Source: Octopus vulgaris (taxonomy: Eukaryota). Taken from it: a stretch of 64,000 nt of DNA. The position numbers and the translations under genes are program-made. Shown here piece by piece: positions 57,462 through 64,000 of this stretch. The stretch spans positions 48,298,001 to 48,362,000 of the forward strand of contig OX597825.1 of NCBI GenBank assembly GCA_951406725.2, given 5' to 3'. The notes under the pieces are model-generated. The model did no database searches and was not told the origin of the DNA. It worked only from the letters and a program-made list of their open reading frames with translations. Every line of letters begins with the position of its first letter. The first letter of the stretch is position 1.

Positions 57462-58572
57462 GCTACTATACTTTACGTTGAGCTGTGTGATGCTGCTGTT
57501 CACTGCATCTTTTTACAGCTAGGTGAAATGTAATACCATTGTGGTTACTTGCAGCTACGTAGCCTACTATACTAGTTGGTGAAGAGGACTGTTGAGAGTT
57601 AAATGTGTTAATTATTCAACACTGCACTATCTCATTACTGCTTGATCCGTTGATAGTAAGTTTTGATCTCTGAAACTATATCATAATGAAACTACATTAC
57701 ATTGTAGTAATTACCTACAGCCAAGAGTTGAAACTGTGATGTTATATCAATAGATATACTTTTACTGACCGTTACTGGCTTTGTGCTAATCCGAATTACT
57801 TAATTAATCCAGTCTTAATGTTGTTCGATATTTACTTTAGGCCGATTATTTCTCCGGTATTGATTTTTGACACCAATTACTTCCTTGATTCTGTTTTGAC
57901 CTTTACGATGGCTCCAGCAGCCGATATAGAGTCTGTTTACTCATGAAGTTACAGCTCTTCTCGTCTCAAATGAACTTAGTTCATATATCACAATGCAGTG
58001 TGTGTCAAGCAGCATTGGTATTCAGTACATGTCATTCACTACACCAATGTAGCTGCTATAAATGCATAAAACCTCAGAGGTGACCTTTTGTCTGTGTTTG
58101 GATCATTATGTAAACCTCAGTAGACGATGGAAAGCTGAATTATTAAAACATCAGAAAAAATTTCCTTCGGTATATAGCTACATTCCTGTAAGTTCCGCGT
58201 TCAAATCACGCCACAGTTGACTTGGCCTTTCAGCTTTCTGAGGTTTATAAACAAACAACCAGTCAAATATTGGCTTAGAATGAATTTTGAATTCACTATA
58301 CCTACCCTAGAGAAGTTGTAATTTTTAATGATGTTTAAAATCCGAGATTAGGGTTCAATTTCCGACTGATGCAAGTTTCAGAGAGGTGGAAGTAGGAGGC
58401 ACAACAAAAGATATAGAAGAAGCACAAAGGAGAGTTAGTAGCTATAATGTGTATGTGCTGTTGTTCTTAGGCCTTGGATCGACACCGATACAACGAGTGT
58501 ATGATCAAATGTATTCCGGTCTGTTTTCCAAAGACAAGTGTAGTGCAGACTGTATAATCCGTTGTGTAATTT

Positions 58573-58630
<58 letters not shown>

Positions 58631-59084
58631 CCTGAATGTTATGTCTAGCGAAGGAAGTGATCATGTAAAGAATGTTGCTATAAATGCTTACTCAGCCAGT
58701 CCCACGTATGAAGAAAATATTTTCATGGAAGTAAGAATGACCCAGGTCGCAAGAACATATATATATATATTATCCTCTCCTCTTCACCGTTCCCTCTCTC
58801 TCACTCCTCCTCATCGACTCTCTCGTTGCTGACACGTGACGAAAGAGAATCTATCTTTCTGACCACTATCTTCGTAAAGACAACAACGTGCTTATACTGT
58901 CTCCTTCATAAGTTCGTCTTCCTAGCGTTCATAATTTTTCTATCGTCTTGACTTAACAACCCTCACCGTTTGTTTTTACTGTTTTGTTCTCACTGTCCTG
59001 TTCTCACTGGCCTCTGTACCAATAAATTGATGTTCAATTTCTTTTTGATGATTGGTATCATTTTATCTAGAATATTTTTGATTA

Positions 59085-59445
59085 TTCTTCCCAGGTAGGG
59101 GATATGAGGCGTATTGATGGTTTAGTTAGGAAGTCCTTCTTATGTTCTTTAAGGTTGAAGTGTGGAGATGTAGGGCAGTAAAGTTCTGTGCGGTCGTCCA
59201 CGCGTAATTTGTTCATAAGCTTGCAATGGTTGGTGTTGATGTTGTCAAGGTCGGATGTCGGTGCCAGTTTATAAGACTTGTAGAGTTCCTTCTTGATGAA
59301 TTTGTTGTATTCATCGATGGTAATATGGTACATATTTACCGTTTTATCAGAGAAGTCGTGCAATTTAGGTGATGAAGTGATCCGTTTTATTGTATGTGAA
59401 AGTTGCTTTTGGAGGGGGAATTTATATTTAGAAAATTCATTGTCT
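59085..59445 (-). mobile_element. Penelope-like RT N-terminal fragment
   Basis: FSDKTVNMY..EYNKFI..YKLAP..NIN..LRVDDR..FNLKEHKKDFLTKPSIRLISP, matching the PLE DK.N.Y and LKDHK..P..RLINP motifs. Confidence 0.85.
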
Positions 59446-59564
59446 CTAATCATATTAATTGTACGTGTATGTGTGTATACATGTGTATGTATACGTGTGT
59501 ATGTGCGCACGTATATGTGTATATGCATGTATTTATGGGTATGCGTGTGTGTGCGTCTGTATAT

Positions 59565-59664
<100 letters not shown>

Positions 59665-60543
59665 ATATGTACGTTTCTATATGCATGTGTATGCATGTAT
59701 GCGTACGGGTTTAAATGCACAAGTACGCAAGGCCTATATAATAATGCACACGTACATATGTACATATGTACGTGTGTGCGTGCATATATCGATATACACT
59801 TCTTTCTTTCTCTCTTTCTCTGATTCCTCTTCCCACATTATCACATTAGCCAGTAGAATAAAAACATAAGTCTATTTATAGAAACTTGACCATTCTTAAT
59901 ATTCTTTCCTCCCAATTTGTGGTTTACTAATCTAGAAAAAAAACCCTCCTATACATTTTTTGTACCCATCCCTTAATGCCATTCTAACATATCACTCTAC
60001 CTCACACATATTTACTACTTACATTCTTACCTCTTCCTACCCCTCCCCTACTCTTCTCCCATCCCCACATAATATCTTGACCACCAACTAACACTCATTT
60101 TTTCACTTTCTTACACTTTTTCACTCTCTCTTCTTGTTTTCGTTTTCTCTTCCTCTTTCATTTCTTGTTCTTTTCTCACCTTTTCCTTTGACCTTTCTCT
60201 TCATTTTAACACACACATCTCTTCTCTTCCCTCTATCCATTTAATACTACCAATACATTCTCAAATTTTCATTGACACTACAAGACCTCTTTGAATGAAC
60301 AGCACATAGAACCTACGTCTCCACACTTTCCATTCGTGATACCATGGAAAGGAAGTATTTCTACTACTTCTAAACACCACTTACCTTGGATAATGGAATG
60401 CAGCTCTAACATATTTATACACTTTTATTTTTATTTCTACATTCATTCTCCTGTTTCCCTATAAACTCCTTATTTGCTTCCTTTTCGAAAATAACTCCTC
60501 GTATTGAACTCTAATATTTCATTCTATTTAACCATCACACTTC

Positions 60544-60591
60544 GTCTCTGTTGAAGGAATATCTCTAATATCCCAGAAACAGCTGTAAGAC
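60544..60591 (+). ncRNA. Degenerate type I hammerhead
   Basis: gtct CTGTTGA aggaatat ctcta atatccca GAAAC AGCT GTA agac. Stem I pairs 4/4, stem III is the palindrome ACAGCTGT, and the core has an A6->U change. Confidence 0.65.
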
Positions 60592-60781
60592 TAACGCTCT
60601 ATTTATATATGTCCTGAAAATTCCACCCAGTCTTGGCTTTGTTGTCACATTTTATTTAACATTAGACACCTCACTCGTATCATTATCGAACCAAGAGTTT
60701 AACTAACGGTCTTTCCATAGCACTTACGTAGCATTACCTGCCACCTTGGATCTTCTGGATAGAAATACTTCTAATATATTA

Positions 60782-60819
<38 letters not shown>

Positions 60820-61245
60820 TACTGATCCGTGATAGAAAATTCAGCAAAAAAGTACTTTATCCGGTGAGAGATAAGTATTATTTTAAACTTTTGCGCCTGA
60901 AGGATGTTTGAGTTCTCTGAACACATGAAACTATTAATAGCGCTTTAATACATGTATTGTGACCTTTAGATAAATTACATATATGTGTGTATATATGTGT
61001 ATGTGTGTGTGTGTGTGTGATTGCAAACTGGTCTCGGTTGACACTGATATGTCCAAGAATGTCCCGGTTGTGGATCAAAGACTTAAATTCTAGGAGGGCA
61101 AAATTAAAAATTGCTTTGAAATCGATAAGGACACCTAACATGTGTACAGGTCAGATATATACTTATGCACTCACATGATAGCTTATTTTAAGTCTAGAGC
61201 TGTATATCCTTACCTCAGATCCAGTATCAAAACTTCTGGGATGCA

Positions 61246-61277
<32 letters not shown>

Positions 61278-61281
<4 letters not shown>

Positions 61282-62085
61282 ACTGTTTTCTCCATGCCAC
61301 CCGAAACATACCAGATACAATATTCCATTTAATCTATCTAGAAGAATCCGAACAATTGTTTCCAATCTGGATGTTCAGAATAAAAAAAAACTCTTTGAAA
61401 TAAAACAGGTGCTACCGGAAAGAATGTATCCGTCGACTCAAATAGAGAACGGAATGGAATGCACCGAAGCAATAGATATTGAAGAATTAAGAAAAGTCAA
61501 AAACCGTCCAGATACACCCAAAACTCTGTCTTTACAGGACATAACCCAAGAAACAAGAAAACATTCAGCAGTATCCTACAGAACATACCGTTATTGAGTT
61601 AGAACCAAGGAATGAAAAAGGCAACTGAATCCTACAAAATAATCAAATGCAAAAGGCAACCAAAGTCCTTAAAGCTACTTACCAGCTACGGACTCAACTT
61701 CAACAGTTAAAAAGTGTAGCCGATCCAGTAGTGGTACCTGTGAGAACCATATTGAGGACACAACTTATACATTTAAATTTTTATTATGAAAAACCATTTT
61801 ACCTGTTCTTCAAAAGATTCAGTTTATCCCATCAAATGCAATGAATGCAGGGAAGACGAAATTGGACAAAACCCACTTTAAGAATGCGATTAAATATTCA
61901 TAGTCAACAAACATGGGGTCTCAAAACAAGACAAATTCTACTTAATGAAAATTTGGACACATACAAAATCTCCCAAATGTTTTCGTCTTCCCACTCGATC
62001 AGTGTGCAGACAATACTCCAGACCAAACAAGAATTAAAAATGAAAGTTCGTTTATTAAAAATACGTCACAGCTGAACAGGCTATA
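61278..62085 (+). mobile_element. Penelope-like element, RT thumb plus GIY-YIG remnant
   Basis: YLLFSPCHPKHTRYNIPFNLSRRIRTIVS, IKCNECREDEIGQ and LRMRLNIHSQQ, with frameshifts. Confidence 0.88.
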
Positions 62086-62808
62086 AAAACATTATCAGCA
62101 ATACACAATTTTCCTTTTCCTGTGAATCAATTACTGGAGAATGTCTACTTTGGTTCCTTCTTAAAAAAACCAAAATTCATGAAGCAACTATCATCTATCT
62201 TATTTACCCCACATCTAATTATCACATTCGTCCCACACCTTGTTAAAAGGGATACCTTTTGAAATGTTCAATGGTTGAAAACTAGCATTAATTAATATCA
62301 TTATTCTTCGACAGAATAATAACCAATAATTATCTATAACACTTTTATATAAACAATTATTATATCAGTTATTCATATCTCTCTTTTCTAACTGCTAAAT
62401 GACATTCAACGGAGTGTCACATGAGCGTAATACACGAACGTTGACCAATGAAATTGTACGTTAACTGATAGCATTCATAGTCACATTCCAGCTTTTTAAA
62501 ACAAACTATTTTTGTAACAACGACCAGAATAAACATAATTTATGACACAACTCCATACACTGCACATTTTTGAAAATCTAATGTGGAACTGGTCTAGTGT
62601 ATTCTTATATCTTAAAATATAATTAAATTCTAATTAATTCTAAAAATTATCTGAGCATTTTCAACTTCTTTTTCTATGCCTCCACTTGTTTGGATTAATA
62701 ACAATTTCTCTCTCTTTTTCTCTCTGTTTCTACCTGTCTGTCTGTCTGTCTCTCTTTCTCTTTCTCTGTCTGCCTGCCTGTCTGTCCTCTCTCTCTCTCT
62801 TTCTCTCT

Positions 62809-62850
<42 letters not shown>

Positions 62851-63104
62851 GTATACATACGTGTATGTATGTATGCATTTATGCATGTATGTATGTATAT
62901 ATGTATGTATGTATGTTTGTATATAAATACCAGTATACATATATTTAGTTCCTACGTACGAGTCATCATTGCAGTTAATTGGAAATCAGCATTGAATGAT
63001 CCAAGTAGAATTGGAGGCCTAACCGCGACAGATCATCAAGGGGAACACTGTATTGCTACAGCACTCTGTTACAACGATCAAATAGCCAAGTATTGTTTAT
63101 CCTT

Positions 63105-63372
63105 CTCAACTGAAATTTTACTGCTGGCGGTAGTAGAGCTACATCGGTGATGCAGCCGGAGAAGATTGGTATTCCAGAGCTTTCAGCACTCCGTTCATCT
63201 CAATGCTACCAAAAGCTTTTCCGTAGTCGACGAAAGCAGTTGAGTCATTGACTGAAGAGATGGGGTGAACGTCAACGGTAAGCTACTAACACACCTCCGA
63301 TTCAGAGATGGCATCGTACCTATCGCCGAAACCACATATCAGCTGCAGACTATGCTAACAGCGTTGAACAAT
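63105..63372. mobile_element. RTE RT fragments in inverted arrangement
   Basis: Minus strand 63240->63105 reads AFVDYGKAFGSIE...KISVEK. Plus strand 63262-63372 reads GVNVNGKLLTHLRFRDGIV (LRFADD-like). Confidence 0.78.
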
Positions 63373-63397
63373 TATGTATGTATGCATGCATGCATGC

Positions 63398-63430
<33 letters not shown>

Positions 63431-63448
63431 TGTATGTATGTATGTATG

Positions 63449-63479
<31 letters not shown>

Positions 63480-63863
63480 GAGATGCTTGCATCTCTCCTG
63501 ACACATGGGAAGGCATAGCTATTGATCGTAGCAGGTGGAGAAGGATTGTGCATGAGGGGACAGCCACGTTTTAGAAATCTCGAGTTGCACATGAGAAAGT
63601 AAGGAAGGATGTCAGGAAGGGCATCGCTGTTACACTTCCAGAATGGAAGGGTCTTCCTTTGATTCTGACATGCAATGTCTGTGCAAGACCCTGCCTCAGT
63701 AAAGCTGGACTCATGAGTCGTCTTCGTAGTCATAAAACGAGACAGATGAGTGACAACCTGGCCACTGGTGGTGGTGTAACACACCATACTAATCATATCT
63801 GTCGGGCATGTGGAAGAGAGTGTAATTCGACTTAAACGACATGCAAAGGTACATGAAGCCTAG
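63480..63863 (+). mobile_element. RTE LINE C-terminus with two C2H2 zinc-finger remnants
   Basis: ISPDTWEGIAIDRSRWRRIVHEG, CNVCARPCLSKAGLMSRLRSH and HICRACGREC..LKRHAKVH. Confidence 0.8.
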
Positions 63864-64000
63864 TTACAACTACAGCCGGCTATTACCAGTAAAGGTCTTA
63901 GTTGTCAATTTTGTACAAGACATTGTAGATCTTTAACTGGGCTAAAAGGTCACATTCGATCACAGCACCAGTAACAGTTAAGCTTCGTGCAATGGCCATA

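Noticed and set aside
63665-63860. Host C2H2 zinc-finger gene
   Set aside because: The fingers are contiguous with an RTE C-terminus and are disrupted.

Overview
AT-rich eukaryotic intergenic or intronic DNA, densely packed with microsatellites. The SINE families resemble those I recall from octopus, so a cephalopod origin is inferred, not proven. I found no convincing host exon; almost all ORF-track calls are microsatellite artefacts. The window is a layered collection of dead transposons: three mariner remnants (one full length with perfect TIRs), a pogo-like MITE, hAT and Sola2-like fossils, a non-autonomous Helitron, a decayed Ty3/Gypsy element with a tRNA-Ser PBS, RTE/CR1/R4-type LINE fragments, Penelope-like (PLE) fragments and many modular tRNA-derived SINEs. 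The most striking hidden signal is a set of about 8 type I hammerhead-ribozyme motifs (CUGANGA...GAAAC-short, mostly palindromic stem III-GUH), found by eye. Two adjacent ones lie inside 396-bp and 360-bp units with exact terminal direct repeats, which fits retrozyme-like circular-RNA or PLE pseudo-LTR insertions next to TA-rich tracts. Boundaries of degraded elements are approximate.
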